A stretch of 64,000 nt of DNA from positions 2,668,001 to 2,732,000 of the forward strand of contig NC_087245.1 of the NCBI RefSeq assembly GCF_037042905.1, written 5' to 3'. Every line of letters starts with the position of its first letter. Position 1 is the first letter of the stretch. Of the stretch, positions 12,918 to 27,773 are shown one piece after another. The stretch comes from Lytechinus pictus (lineage: Eukaryota). The position numbers and the translations under genes are program-made. Under the pieces are notes generated by a model. That model saw only the letters and a list, made by a program, of their open reading frames with translations, searched no databases and was not told where the DNA came from.

Positions 12918-15678
12918 CTAAGCCAGGGTTACACCAATCCAAATTCTTAAGAACAATTTCGGACCGATTCTGCCAGAATATGGCCTGACGCAGATGGATT
13001 CGGAACCTATTCATATCTGTTTCGGGGAGCTCCTCGAATCAGAGTATACATATTCCCGAGTATTCTGTTCTCCCTCCCCGAATGCAAGAAAATCCGGGAG
13101 GGATTCGGCACGTGTCCAGGTCCCCAGGATCATTGGGAGAATTTGAAGAATACAGGAATCATTGGGAGTTGTTTAATTATATTGTGCAAATACAAGTTTG
13201 TCACAAAAATTACATTGCAAATTATAGCTACAATGTATCTTTTGTTCAGAAGTGATACATGTAAGCTCTTAGATAATGTAAAGTGTGTATGTTAATAGAA
13301 AACTGATGGGTGTAAAAAAATTCAATGGATTATTACTTTACTCAATAAGCAAGGAACACTTGAAAGCCCTTCCTTAAAATCTCATACAAAATGTACCTAA
13401 CAGTACAATGAATTTACATTATATAAATTTTGATTTTAGTGCTGATGACATCATCGTTTGGACAAGAAGCATTCAAGAAATTGTGGCAGTTGACTTCTCG
13501 TTGAACTTGGTTCTGTGGTGACATGTCAAAGGTCAACCCAAACCTTCTTTCTGGGGTAAATATTACTCATGAAAATTTTACCACAATGGTATAGAGAGCA
13601 TTTACTGTCTAAACTATTCTGCCATTGTCTAGACATTCATGACAATTTCTGAAAAATATATTAAATCACAAGGTTGGGCAATATATGAATATAATCCCAA
13701 ACTTAAATCTAAAATTCAACAGAGTAATACTGAATAAGCCAACCCCCTCTTTCACTTAACCTAAAACAAACAACTTTCATGTCTCAATTCAGTTACAACA
13801 ATAATAACTTGAGCAAATTAATGTTCCGAATATTTTGAGAAGCCTATTATATGTCTGCACTACTCATGTTTCAAAATGACCCAATTAACACTTATTTTTT
13901 AACATAAGCAATATACAATGTTTTTTTTTTTTACAGCACATTTATCCGTTTAGTATAATCAAAGTTTGTTTGTTACTTGGATGTATTCTCAGTATGTACA
14001 AGAAACGTAGAAGTCACAACAGGATATCCTTTAGAGGGTGTGGCATAATGGAGTAACAAAGAATTCTAGTTTTTGAAACATGATGAATCTTTATATTGAA
14101 AAAGGTCAAGTAGTGTCAAACAGCTCAAACAAGGGAAGAGATATTGTACATGTAGCTACATGTAGGTGGTACAGTCATAATTTTATTTTAATACACAACA
14201 AAATTCAATCATTAAGATTTCATTACAGGGTAAAACAGATATTTTTAAAAATGACAAACTCGATGTCACATAGAGCTGGAAAGTGGAAACCATCAAATGT
14301 GGAGATACTTAACTTCATATCTGCTACATGTATGGACCCTGAAATTATTATCTGTACATAAATCATCAGTGTGTCTACTCACCAAAGCAAAGCTTGAAAA
14401 TGTAAATGTGTAAAAAATTAAACTTTCATTGTTTTGTAAGTGTCAAACAAAGAGAAAATTACAGGTCGAAGGCTATGGTATCAAATACCAGACATATGAG
14501 TGTTTGTATTGATGATGTCATCAGTATGGGTATCAAGCTCAGGACAGATAGACAACGTGGAAGGCATGACATCATCTTTATTTAAAACACATATGCACAG
14601 CAGTGGTGGGTAGGAGTTCCCTCAGAAACACGTAGCAAAGAAACAGAGGGAGGAGGTAGGTTGGATTAGGGAATGAGAGAGTGGGAAAGGGGGTCTGGCA
14701 GAAATGATTGGAAGAGGCAAAAAGTCAGGGATAATAATTGGAAAGAAACAAATTGGATACTAAGAACAGCATTGGATGGTGAGAAAAAGTAAAAAAAATA
14801 TTCAACAGAGGTAGATGACATCATTGGAGAACACATTACATTCAATTCATAACACAGACTCAGTCTTGTATATCCTACAGATATTTCTCCAATAGAGTCA
14901 GAAAATAATTTCTGGAGGAAGTTTGGGAAAGTCATTTTTACAATTTCTATGATTTTATCAAACTGTGCTGCTGGTATGTACTTTGAGTAAAAATGATGAT
15001 AAATAACTCAAAATTGGTGAAAATAAATGTATGAACTGCTTCATCAAAGACTGTAGGATCTTCAAACTTTCATCATCAATGTAAAGTGAAATTTCCAATG
15101 AATACAAAGAATAAATCATAATAATCCACCAATGCCTGAGATCAAAACATCCTGTTTGTAAGAACACCACCACCCATCTCAACACAAGAGGGCAGTATGT
15201 ACATTTAGAAATGACAACCCGAGAAAAAACAAATCTAACAACTGAACAAAAGAGGGTGCTATTCATAGAAAGCTCCTATACATGATTGCATTTAAGAGAC
15301 ACATTAAGAAATTCATTACAATGCTACTTGACAAGGTGGGTTGGAACATGCCATCATGACCCACATTTATCCTCAAGGTTTCATGGCAAAGCTGTGAATG
15401 ATTGAATTATCATTAGGTGATTAACGGCTTAACTGGCCAGTGACCGACTTATGAAGATCACTTGGCTTGCCCATTCAGCCATCACTACAAGACACAAGAG
15501 TTTTCTCCATGGAAGATTTATCCAGGGTTTGTGGTTTGGAGAGGTCCATTTATCTATTAAAAATAAATAACTTTATGAAAAATAAATAAATAATGAGATG
15601 TGAAAAATTAATGCTATCTACATATTACAAGAGTAATAGTGTTGAGTAAAAGAGTTGAGGCAGTGTAGCTCTGTCAGA

Positions 15679-15970
15679 GGCAGCGTAGCTCAGTCAGTTA
15701 GAGCGCATGTTTTGGATAAGATCGTAGATCTCAACGTGAGGGGTTTGAGACTTTGAGTCCCGCTCATGCCGAAACGCGTCTAAAAAGTCTGATGCTATAG
15801 TATTGTGAGTTAGTGTGCCTCACCACTGTATTCAGTGCAGGTGTGAATGCAGTTGGAAATCAGAAAGGACGTTGGTCCCGTGTATAGGAGAGTCATGACC
15901 TATGCACGTTAAAACTAATACACTATTCATCAAAGAGTAGGGTGTTCACCCGGTGTATTGCACCTGCCGG
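15679..15970 (+). mobile_element. Degenerate tRNA-derived SINE with Deu/Nin-like core
   Basis: A-box-like TAGCTCAGTCAG and a degenerate B box. Segment GCACGTTAAAA...AAAGAGTAGGGTGTTCACCCGGTGT resembles the Deu/Nin SINE domain as I recall it. 3' end approximate. Confidence 0.6.
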
Positions 15971-18926
15971 CCCCGGCAAACTTCAGGTCAAGTACCCGAT
16001 GCCTTTACGCCGAGGGCCCTCCATCGTATACACCCAGATCCAGATCATTCATGATGTTACCTCCTGTTTAATGGTAAATATTTTTATAACAAAATATTTA
16101 CTCTCTATTCCATATGATTTAATTTACTATTTGAATTTCTAACATGAAGTACTTTCAGATGTGTATTTTCATCCTCTATAAAGTTACAAACATGCATAAA
16201 TTTTATTTTGATCCAAATCGTGAATGACGAAACTTCTTTAAAAGTATAGCTGCGCTTTGATTATTGTGGTGCTAGAAAGCATTGGAATTATATAGTTATT
16301 TCAATTTCCACATTTACATGTAGCATTACTTAGTGAACTCACTTTTTTTTTTTATCTACAAATATTTTATTATCAAAACTAGGAGTACATGTAGGATACT
16401 TCTCTGGCCATAATAAATTCTCTTAACCATTTTGAATGAAGAAGTATTACACTTCATTTATTAGCCATCAGTAAACAGAAAAACCTAACAAAAGAGTATA
16501 TAACTCACTCTACTGATTCCAGGTTCTCATATTTAATGAAATAATCATAACACTCCCAGGGATGACCCCAACATGTTTAAGTTTCATATTAAATTATAAT
16601 TACCATTCCATCATTGAAGTCATTACTAGCCAATAATAACAGGCTATCATCTTTCTCTCTGGCTATCCAACCATGGACCTATTACATCTAACCAAGCCGA
16701 TTAATGTATTGAAACGTGACATGAGGGAATATAGGATCTCACAGTATGAATATACAATCCAGGTTGATATTCAATTAATTGGGAAGAACAGTATAACAGC
16801 TATGGTGATCGAAAGTGCTACAGGAGTGGAATGGCTCATGGTAGATCAAAGAGGACAAGCGGACCGGACCACAATCCCATTCAGATCATTCCCAGGCTTG
16901 TCATCACTCAAAGGTTGAGAGTTTGGTTGTCATTCTCACTGCATTGACAGGCAGGCATTCACTATCAGGTCACCCTAACACAGATTTCAGTACATGGGAC
17001 AATGACTGAACGACAAGTGCGTTAGTGTGTGGCCCTGTATGAGAGGTGGCACTTGTGTCTGTCATATCACTCCTGTGTTATCACACCCACAACATTCATC
17101 ACATTGAAGCACAACAATGTGTAATAGGTCCTCAATCGTTTAAGAATAAATATGTATTGACAGAAATAGCAATCAATAATTGCTGTTCAAATGCACGACA
17201 CACACTGTAGGCCTATTTCCTTCAACAACAAAAAACACAAACAAAAGGAGGTAAATAAAACATGTATAGAAAATGCCAGTGTGCAATCATTAGGCCCCTA
17301 TTTGTAGTAAGGAGAACATTACTTGACAATGACAATAAAGTTTTAAAATAAATTTGACTTTTATACTATCCATTTTCTTGTGTTTGGACATTCTAAGAAG
17401 GCATATTTCTTCTATCATCAAAAAAAGAAGTATGTGTGGTACCATGACAAACATCACATCTCTCCATGATTTTTAATTTTTAAGATGGTGAAAAGGCATA
17501 CAATGTACTAGGTCTTAACAGACAAAAGATATCCTAAAATGATTGTGTGATTGTAAGAATCCATATATCTCCTTACATGAAATGTGAGAATCTAAACTAT
17601 TCATTTGTCTCCACATGACGTTTTTGGCACAGATGGAATCGCTCCTAAAATACACAGGATGTATCCATGCAATAAAGGTTTCTATGTAACGAGTTTGACG
17701 AGCAATAAGGCTATAAATATAGCAACGGGGAGTAAGATAGTTTGATGACCTCTGCTTGTTTCAGCAATGTAGAGAGACGGGACAAAGATTCATAACAAAT
17801 TGAAAAACAAAAATTATATCAAGGATATTTCATGTACATGTATTGACATGGCTCCAAATTGAATAAAAATTTGACTGCACTGCAACTGATTGTGCAAATG
17901 AAACATAGAAACAATATATTGATTTGTTGCTTTCAATTCTAATTTTTTAACAAGCAGTATTGAGTACAATCCAAATAAGTTTTCTTTGAAAGGTATACTA
18001 CCAAATATATACTCTTGGCCCTGTAACATACATGTAAATACAATCAAGATACATGATTGATTATCATTTTCAGAACATGATTTATTCATGACAGACTTAT
18101 AGGGTGTTGTAGGAAATATGAGTTTTTAATGAATGCAAATCAACAACAAATCAGCATAAAAGAAATAATGGTTGACTTTGGAACTTTTGCTTTATTTAGA
18201 ATGGAACATAAGTTTCTGTCAACAGCCCCTTAGAATTACAATAAATCATGAAATTGATTTATCTTCTACATTGCAGGTACGGAAGGTATTATGGAACGAC
18301 ACATGCTAGCATGACTTACAAATGATTTCAAACACATTCAGGGTAATACTTAGGTGTTTGTTTTATTTTATTAATGTATGACCTTTTTGTAGGCAGGTGT
18401 CAAGCAATCCTTAAACCATGAATGTCCTTTGATTCTAAAGGGATGAAATAAACACATTCTACAACCATGTGATAACTGGGTACGGCAGGTCACATTGAAA
18501 GCTTTGAACCTTGAAGAACTTTAATGTGAAGGAAGCTACAATTTTCAAATCAATGGAGAGGAAGGAAGAAGCCTAAAAGCTATCTGGAAGTTTCTAGGGA
18601 AATAAGTGCTTTTCCCATGATGGTTTTCCATCGAGAAAAGGTCCCCTTTGATACATTGTAGTTATATATTATGTGATACAAAGTCATGGCCCAGTTAAAG
18701 CGGTGAAGTTAACTAGACTATTTTGATATTTTCAAATTATCTCATTCTTTAGTCTAGATTAAACTATCCATCCTATGGTAAAGCAGAATTTGCATTTCAA
18801 TATTCCTATCATCATTCTGAACTACACAATGTACAAGATCAATTTTAATGTTATGAGTTTTGATTCTTGTGATGTAGTTAGACTGCATTTGCAGTTGGCT
18901 TAAAGAGGTCAAATGCAAACTCCTAC

Positions 18927-19013
18927 CTTGAGGTGTGATGATCTGAGGTGGTCTGAGGTATGGTTCCAAGAGCTTAGCTTTCTTCTTTTCAAATCCTTTT
19001 CTTGTGATATCAC
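18927..19013 (-). CDS. DIP2: DIP2 family protein, coding exon 2 (GDITRKGFEKKKAKLLEPYLRPPQIITPQ)
   Basis: Matches the DIP2 motif GDITQKGYEKKR.KL. Acceptor tttgtag|GT, donor CAAG|GTAGGA. 87 nt, phase 1 to phase 1, in frame with exon 1. Confidence 0.93.
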
Positions 19014-19941
19014 CTACAAACACAGATAAAAGAAAAGGTTGTCATTTGCATTATAAAATTTGCTTATTTGAAGCTTCCAATCAATACACAAGAAACAACA
19101 AATGGAAACAGGAAATAAGCTAAGGAAAGCCTGTACTAGTAGTGGGACAAAGCCCCCCCCCCCCCACACACTCAACCAATAATGTGGGAGTACACAAAGA
19201 AAATATGGTGTAATATAGGTTCTTCATAGACATTCGCTATATGAGTAGAATCTTAGATAAAGAAGAAACTGCATTTCAACCTTCCATAACTGCCAAACTC
19301 GAAGCATTATTTCGGACCAGAATATGCAAAACATATCTCATTCACATCTTCTATGTCAAAGTTTGCCCTCGTCACACAGATTTCCATGGTAAAAGATACA
19401 GAGTCACCTGTATTTCAAAAGTTAACAATAAAATACAAATGATCCCCAACAATTACGAATTTACAATACATGTATCATTGTAATACTGCATGGGTCAAAT
19501 CACATGATCTCATAATCAAAGTGACAAAGTATGCACCATAATATTAAAATGAGGTCATACAAAAAAAATAAAAATCAGAACACCTTCATTTCATGCACCT
19601 CAATTTTTAGGACACCTTTATGAATTGACCATCCCCTTAGAATGCCTCAGTAGCATGGATCAACTTTCACGTCTGGTATAACTCAATTGATTTATGATAA
19701 TTGATGAATGCATAAGATAGTGGCACCCATGTCCATAATAATGGCAATAGCACTGACACGATTCAACGCAAATATTAGCAACACTGCACCCAAATTAGCT
19801 GCTGTGCATCAAATGTGCATTCACATGTAGGTGTAAGCATGACATTTCTAATTTTCTCATTTTGAATTTAAAAGTTTATAATTGCATTCGGTTTGCTGAT
19901 CATCATTATCACAATCTGTTATCATATCATTATCATTATGT

Positions 19942-20215
19942 GGGGGTGTCGTGGTATAGTGGTTCTGACTATCGCCTTTCAAACAGAGGGTCGTGAGTTC
20001 GAATCCTAGCCATGACGTGTTTCCCTTCCGCAATAAATTTATCCACACTGTGCTGCACTCAACCCAGGTGAGGTAAATGGGTACCGGCAGGAAGTAATTC
20101 CTCAAAAAGCTGTGTGCACCAGAATCGGTAGACTAGCTTAGCCGGGGTAATATAGGAGCGCCTTGAGCACCTAGCAAGGTGGATACGTGCGCTATACAAA
20201 TCCTATATCATTATT
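19942..20215 (+). mobile_element. tRNA-derived SINE (SINE2), near full length
   Basis: A box TGGTATAGTGG (19952-19962), B box GTTCGAATCC (19997-20006), central CCCAGGTGAGGTAAATGGGTACC, LINE-like tail GCGCCTTGAGCAC...GCGCTATACAAAT. Inserted in a (CAT)n-rich tract. Confidence 0.85.
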
Positions 20216-22834
20216 TTTATTCATTATCACCAACACTACCATTATCACCTTAATATTTACAATCATCATCATGACCAACATCATCACCATCATCTCTTTG
20301 CTCTTTCTGCATTAATCAAATACATATCATCCAGTTATTTGATCTCCATTCACGCACACGCTTAATATTTGGATTTGATTGTGCTTCTATCAACACCATG
20401 TAAACGTAGGCATTCAAGATGAATGTTTATTGCCGATTTCTGGATCTCCATTCACCATTCTATTTATAAACCCAGCATCATTAACATACCAGCCAGACAC
20501 ACCCCAAGGGGGCACACCTGTAGCTTGGCCAAGATGACTACCCTGATTATGATTCTCTCTGATGGGCAAGTTACCACGGCAATAAAGCATCATCCATTTG
20601 CAAGTCAATTTATTACCTTACCAATGAATTCACTCTCCATCCTCCCTCCCTCCCTTTCTTCCCTCAAACTTACAACATCCATGCATGCATCATTTGTGAT
20701 GATGTCAGGAATGTGGTCATGACTGTACATTTAAACCCCCCCCCCCCTGCCTGATTGCAATTTTCATGAATTACTTCGGTTTGGGCTGTGATATTCCCTT
20801 ATGTCATATTTGTTCTCTTCTTGGTTACTTCCTCTGTTTCACCTTATACATGTATGCAATAGACTTGTAGACTTTCTTCTACTCAGATCAATACATGCAC
20901 TTTTCCTTGCATTCCATCCATCTCTCTCTTCTCCAGTTACCTCATTTAAAAAAATGTCACCTTGCTAAGAACGTATTTCTTGAATTTATAATTATAAAAA
21001 AGAGAGGAAGGAATTACCAGCAAGAAGCAATATTCATTACTCTCTATTCCAAATCTATCAATGATATACTGACTTCAATAAACTCGTACAATCCAAACTC
21101 AAGTATTTTATTCATGATATTCCTTCATTACATTTTTTTGCTCTTAATCATTATTTCTGTGACACATTTAATCCCTGCAGTGCTCACTGTCACTTCTCAA
21201 TTTCCAATTAACCTACTTCATTAACATGCATAATCTGAATCTAATTGCTCTTCTTACTGACACTCCCTAGGAGCATCTACCTTCAACATTTATCCATGTT
21301 TATACCCTCTATTAATCTCTTCATAGTGTGAGGCAGTTAGCGCAGCAACCATATCTCGCCCCTGGTAACATGGCATTCTCTTATTGTAATAATGCTGCCT
21401 ATCTTCTTACACACAGAGGTGACCAACAACATACTAGCACCCAATCAAAGTATGCATGTACACTTAAAGAAAAGAATGAGTTCTGATGAAGGATTAACAC
21501 AATGCAATGATTTCATTCTCTTCACTACTCCAACCAAAATTAGGTATTCAAATATGAAAAGGTCGACCTTGAAAAGATCAATTATTATTATCTGTGAATC
21601 ATTTCAAATATAAATACATAGAATGCATAGATTTTAGTGCTATATGATTGCACTCTGAAGAAAAAATAAGGTAAAAACATCACTACTGCACACTCTTATA
21701 TGTTGCTGGCTAATACATTAACTGATTCAAATTCAAATTTCCCTAACCCTCAACAACTTCTATTGACTATATGAACATTGTTTTTTTTTTTACATAGTCG
21801 TCTTTGCTTTTACTTGCACTTCCATGTATCAAACATTCTTGACTGCACATACATGTACTTGAGCTCTAGTTTACCTTACATCCTTGACTCTTCCCCAACC
21901 TAAAGCATACTTGAATTCACTAATAAAGCATGTACCCCCTTCTAAAATATGTATTTCAAAAATAACCACCGGTGACAGAAAATTAAATGAAAATGGACAA
22001 ATACATATCCATTGCTTTGCTCATACCTTGGTCATACATGTACTGCACTTCAACTCTACAGTATAATATATGTCATAAACTTGAATTTGAATTTCCTTCT
22101 AAAATCTTAGCTCTTCCTCCTGCTCACCATCCCATGAAATTTGACCGTAAACTCAAGCCTTTAATGTCATGGCCAGTTGACACTGCTGCCTACTGAATAA
22201 ACAAAGCCTGTGCCCATTTTCAAGACCTCTCAAGTTATAGGATGTCCATAATTGCATAAGATCATCTTTAAGATAAAGAATGGGTGATAATGCGATGCTC
22301 AATACGCAAACATAGCTTTTAATGACCAAGATCCTTTGTTCTAAAAATTCAATAAGATAGAGAAGCAGATGGGCTCCCAAATAGTATTAATATTCCCCAA
22401 CTCTCTTTCTCATTCAAAAGTATATAATGACAACCCATATTATTTTGTTGCAATTGAAACAGAAAAATTACACTGGGGCTAAATCACCCCCAGCTCAAAC
22501 GAGCCCTGGAAACTAAAAAAGGTGCCCTGGAAATCCTCATTCATTGCAATGTTAAAGCTTATCCAAAGATTTAGATTTAGGCAGACAGTTATGAAAAGTA
22601 GCCCCCGAAAATAAAAAAACATAATTTTGTGCCTGACTTGAAGTATAAGTTACATTAGTATGCATGCCATAATTATAAGGATATAAAAAGGAAAGAACTA
22701 TACACTGTATGTTTAAATTCAGGAATGTGCTTTTACAACTATATAAAAATACCTTTCAGATAGAGAAAAATATCAAATAAAAATGATATAAATGAATCAA
22801 GAGTAATATTAATCACAACAATTTTATTCATCCA

Positions 22835-23230
22835 GTATTATTATTTGTTTGGCATCACCTGTGCCTGGGAGGCGAAAATCGAACTGAATCACTATGACCC
22901 GCAGGTCTCTCCTGATTTTAACTGATTGGGGGAATGCAGGTGGAAGTTTCCCCTACGAATAACGCAGTGGGTTCTCAACGTGCAAAGGTGGTGACTCTGC
23001 TCTACAAAGGGCCTCCATTTAATGTCGTATGCAAGGGATGGAGTGTTTTCAACTGTAACATGCATAGATCTGCAACTGTAACTGTAGCCTGCATCTACAT
23101 GTATGGAGCAAAGGAGACACGTACGTTTACACCCAACATAGGCTTCGGTCATCTGCCCATGGTGGACTCGAACCCACGACCTTTGGTTCGACAGGCAGAC
23201 ACTTTACCGACTGAGACAACTTCACTCTCT
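22835..23230 (-). mobile_element. tRNA-derived SINE
   Basis: Minus-strand A-box-like TGTCTCAGTCGG (23207-23218), B box GGTTCGAGTCC (23164-23174), (AAT)n tail near 22835-22845. Confidence 0.75.
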
Positions 23231-23290
23231 AAACGTGCAAAAGTAGCCACTTCATTTACCAAAGTGCTCTACTAGCGGGGCCTGCCTATA

Positions 23291-23450
23291 TATTATTATT
23301 ATTACCCTTTTCCAATCTAAATACTGACTACATAGCAAAAAGGCAGAAGTCCCCATTTTAAGTCTTTGGTAGGACTTACAGTGTAGCTGAATATCGAACC
23401 CACAACCTCCTGTACATAAGGCAGATGCTCAACCACTGAGCAATCATGCC
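23291..23450 (-). mobile_element. Short degenerate tRNA-derived SINE
   Basis: Minus-strand TTGCTCAGTGG A box, GGTTCGATAT B-box-like motif, (AAT)n tail at ~23291-23303. Confidence 0.6.
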
Positions 23451-23463
23451 AAATCTTCATTTG

Positions 23464-24037
23464 CAGACCTGCCAACCTCTCGGAATAAAAAATTGTATTT
23501 TGTGATTAAAAAAAACCTGTATCCCCCCAAAGAAATGTATTTTATAATAAAATATGCGCTGCTATGCAAATAGCAGGCCTGCATGCAAGCTAATTCTATG
23601 GCGTAGTAATGATGGCAAGCATCAATTGATTCTGGAGTAATACAGACCTGCCTTCTACAATAAAAAAAGATTCTTAGAAGGGGAAAAAAAGTATGACAAA
23701 AAAGAAATATTTTAAAACATTTGTCTCAACGTAACAATGGCCACCCAGTTCTCTGATAAAATGCGCACTGCTCTTGCAGATGAAAAAAAAAAACATTGAA
23801 ACATTTATATATCTCACCCTGATTTTAACAAAATGATTGAAAAAAAAAGTTATCTAAAATTACATTCATCCAATAACCATATCTGTGTAAGTTTTATGAA
23901 ATAGAAACATATAGGCATGATTTTTCTCAATGAATTACGATTTAAAAAAATTGTTTTTTTTCACAAAATCATATTTATAAAAAGAAAAAACGTACTGTTG
24001 TATTTTAGTTGCAACAACCTACTGGTTGGCAGCTCTG
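23464..24037. mobile_element. Non-autonomous TIR element with CAG termini (possibly hAT-like)
   Basis: CAGACCTGCCAACC ... GGTTGGCAGCTCTG inverted ends. Flanks CATTTG / TATTTG. Confidence 0.6.
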
Positions 24038-25588
24038 TATTTGTCGATATCTTTTTGCCTGGAGATAAACAAAGGAGCCAGGTAATTTGAATTAACGAGG
24101 CTAAAAAACAACATGTCCTATGTCACATCATATCAACCATGTATAGAGCAGAGAATTACAACAGCGCTAGTATTAATTAACTCACAGGACTTGTTAGGGT
24201 AATTAATACCAGGAAACCAGTCTATGATTGTGTGAATTATATGACTGTAGGAAGTTAATAATCTATTTCAGCAAAATGTGCAGTATCTCTGACTGAATAA
24301 CTCTGATTAACTCTCTTCTAAAATAACAAACAAATTGATAAACTCAATTTACTAAAATGGTTTCACTGAGTGATTGCTGCATCCAATCTTATCACAAAAA
24401 AACTTTGACACACAAGTTTGAAGCCATCAAGTCATTTTAGAAAATTCAGGAAAGACATACATTTTTTAATTTATGTAATACTCTAAATAAAAAATAGTAG
24501 TAAATTAATAATATTTGCAAATACAAACATATTTTTGAGTTTTAGAAAAGAGACACAAAAACTTTGAATCATGAATTTAATCTGCAAACAAAGACACATT
24601 ATCCATAACCAGCAATGTAAGGGAAATGATTTAACAGACAATCAAAGATTTACACATTGTCATTCTATGTACACACATGTACCTCTCAGCCCAACCTCTG
24701 CAATCCTTCCCATCATACACTTTTTACAAATTTCCATGGCAACTAATCAAACATTTCATCATACCAAGTGACCCTTTCTGATGTTATGTCATCCATATGA
24801 TCCAAGCTTTTAAAAATGCTTTGATGGCTGTATCATGGCATTAACAGAAAGCCAATTAACTAATATACTTTGGGGATTTCTACCACTCCATATCCTATCA
24901 AAACATGGTTGGGGACACTGCACTATGCCTACATGCATACATGTAATGGTAGGGACTGGGGGATATGAACACAACTATGCTGGTGTCAATTAACACTTTT
25001 TATTGCTTTCAAGTGACTTTTTTCACACTTTCATCACTATTTTCAACATCAACGTATTTGTAAGCTGAGTACAACCTCTATATAATTAAGTATAAAAAAG
25101 CCCTGACAAGTCATCAAATCATCTTTAAAAAATATTCATTTTTTATTGATCATAACAAGAAAAGTAAACAAAAGGAAAGATAAGTGCTAGCCCATCTGAC
25201 CTTGATATCATTTCTGTACTCCTATATATGTCAATCCATCACCTATTCCCAATATTGCATTATGATGTCAGAGGAACGTACGTGTGTATTAATTGGTACA
25301 GACTAACACCATTGTTCATCACTCAGAATCAAAAGTGTGAAAAAGACAACAGATGCTCCCGGGGGGGCCACTTCCATTCACGAATGGATACCATGCGCGA
25401 CCATGGGGTCTCGAAAAGCACCCTAAACACGTAATTTCCATATTCTGAAAATGCACCCCTTAACAAGTATTGGCGTGTGAAACCCTACCCTTAACAAGTA
25501 TTGGAAACAAAACGACACTCTTGGCAAATATTCCCTGAAATGAACCCCTAAACAAGTACAGGAATGTTTTATTGTTACGGGTCCTTCG

Positions 25589-27773
25589 CAGTGGCGTAAC
25601 AGGGGTCGGTGGCCAGGGGGGGCAAGAGCCAAAAATTTCCCGGTCATATCATGGTATGAACAGGATTTTTTATGATTGTGCCCCGAGCATTAGGTCAAAG
25701 CTCAATGTGTGATAAGTATCCCCCCCCCCAAAAAAAAAAAGAGGGGGCACAGCATGCTTAATATAAGTCCCGAGCGAGCGAAGCGAGCGAGAAAAAAAAA
25801 AGAGCTTTTCATGAGAATCTAACTTTGAGATTGATTGTGACATGGTATTCAGAAAATAACATCATATCTTACATCTTCCTTTCCTTTTCTTTCATCTTTT
25901 CTTTTATGTTCTCGGTTGTAGAACTTTTGGGGGCCAGTGCTATGCGGATCGGGTCTGGGGCAATGGCGGCCCAGGATTTTTAACCTCGGGGGAGGCAAAA
26001 GAACATTTGGGGGCGGGTCAACACACAAATATTTTGCACATTTCTCAAAATCGAGCAAGAAGCGCGAGCTATTTGTTTTTAATGTAAAAGGGACCTGTTA
26101 AGGACTAGATGTTTGCATTGGGTCATGAAGTTGATACCTCACCAAATAAATAATGCGAGCGCGAAGCGCGAGCTGAAAAATTTTAACATCCTGAGATGAT
26201 AACTGGACGGTTTGTAAGCACTTTTTGTAATCATGAACTGGATGGCTATCTAATTAAACATTTGATGCGAGCGCGCGTAGCGCGAGCTGAAATTTTTTAT
26301 TTATGAAAATTATGAATAGGCAGGATGCGTATCTCGCCAAAACGAATAATAAAAACTCTAATCACGAAAAGCATACTGACTTGAACAATGGATTATTAAG
26401 CCCCATTTGAACAGATAATTTACTTATCTCAGTCAACAGCTACTGCGAGCGTGTATAGCGCGGGCGACATTTTGAATTTTAAAAATGACCTAAAAGATTT
26501 ATGTGAGTGACAAAAATTATTGGGAGCTAACAGTGAATGGATGAGAAAATTTTCAAAATTTAAGGAACGAAAAAGCTGTTTCGGAGCACTTAGCAGCTTT
26601 AGTAGACTGCCTATGACAACATTTACTATACATTTCTTTTATTTTTCAAAATTTTGGGAGTGGGGCCAACTCACTGGGGGCAAATGCCCCCCGTGCCTCC
26701 CCCTTCCTGCCGCTACTGGTCTGGTGCGGAGCCCCCGGAACGTCGGGATATTTTTAAACATTGCAGATGGCCACTGTTTTATCAAAACGCGGGTACATAC
26801 ATAACCCATATAACTTCAACACAGTTGCGGATAATAAACGAAATATTTCGAGGCAGCACATCATTGCAAATGTGGAAAAATTTATAAAAGTCGCAAGCGA
26901 GCGAAGCGAGCCAGAAAAAAATGGTCTTTAAAAATGATTTTGAAATTAAATTCTACTTATGTGATAGTAGCTTTGCAAATTTAGCCAAAGTAAATTGGCT
27001 TTTTACGGTAAATCTTGCCAGCGCATAGCTTTACGTAGGTTAGGACATAATATCGGGGGATATGACTAGCCCTTGGCTGACCCTACTTTGGCTAAGGATA
27101 TTTCCCGGGACACTTTGTCCTGATTGCGACCATTATACATTGCATAAAATTTAGCAAGCTTATAATCGACGCCATCCACCTTTCTTGCCGTTCTTTATAT
27201 TTTTCAATCCTAGGCAACCCGGTCGAGTTATTAAGGTGGTTGCTTGCTTACAAGCATTCATGCTTTCTTAGGAATCAGGTAAAAAATCACCACCACCACC
27301 TTAAAGTTCGCTTATTATTTACGTCCCTTTTCTCTATATATTCTGATTTTCCAATTAAGCATTTGGTTCTTCCTTCATTTCCCGTTTCTTTCTGCCTCTT
27401 TCTCCCATTTTCCCGCCATTCTTGCCCGTGCATGCCATTGCTGAGTCATCCCTTTTGATTTTATATCCCTCTCTTGCTAATCATGCTATGGTATTAGTAT
27501 TTCAGGATATTTATACTTCCTCGCGTGTTCTTCTTTCCTTCTTTTTCCCGCTTTCCTTCTATTTTCCCTATTTATGTTCTTCCTTTCTTTCCATTTCTTT
27601 TAATTTTTTCCCTTTCCCTTTTTCCCTTTCCTCTTTATCTTTCTTTCCTTCCCTTCCCCTTTCTCTCTTTCTCCCTTTTCTCTTTTTTTTCCCGCTTTTT
27701 TTTAAATTTTCCCGGTGAAATCCGCCAGGGGGGGCAGCTTGCCCCCCCTGCCCCCCCGCCTGTTACGCCACTG
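25589..27773. mobile_element. hAT-like non-autonomous element nested in the above
   Basis: TSD GTCCTTCG at 25581-25588 and 27774-27781. TIR CAGTGGCGTAACAGG / CCTGTTACGCCACTG. Repeated GCGAGCGAAGCGAGC motifs and a pyrimidine tract at ~27520-27712. Confidence 0.9.
25961..26718. mobile_element. Innermost hAT-like element
   Basis: TSD GTCTGGGG / GTCTGGTG (7 of 8 match). Ends CAATGGCGGC / GCCGCTACTG. Several GCGAGCGCG..GCGCGAGC motifs inside. Confidence 0.7.

Noticed and set aside
18754..18926. Remainder of the 89-aa ORF after PQG
   Set aside because: Lies beyond the CAAG|GTAGGA donor; intronic read-through.
19942..20015. tRNA gene
   Set aside because: A and B boxes are present but run into a SINE body and tail, with no convincing acceptor stem or Pol III terminator. 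The same applies to 23160-23230.
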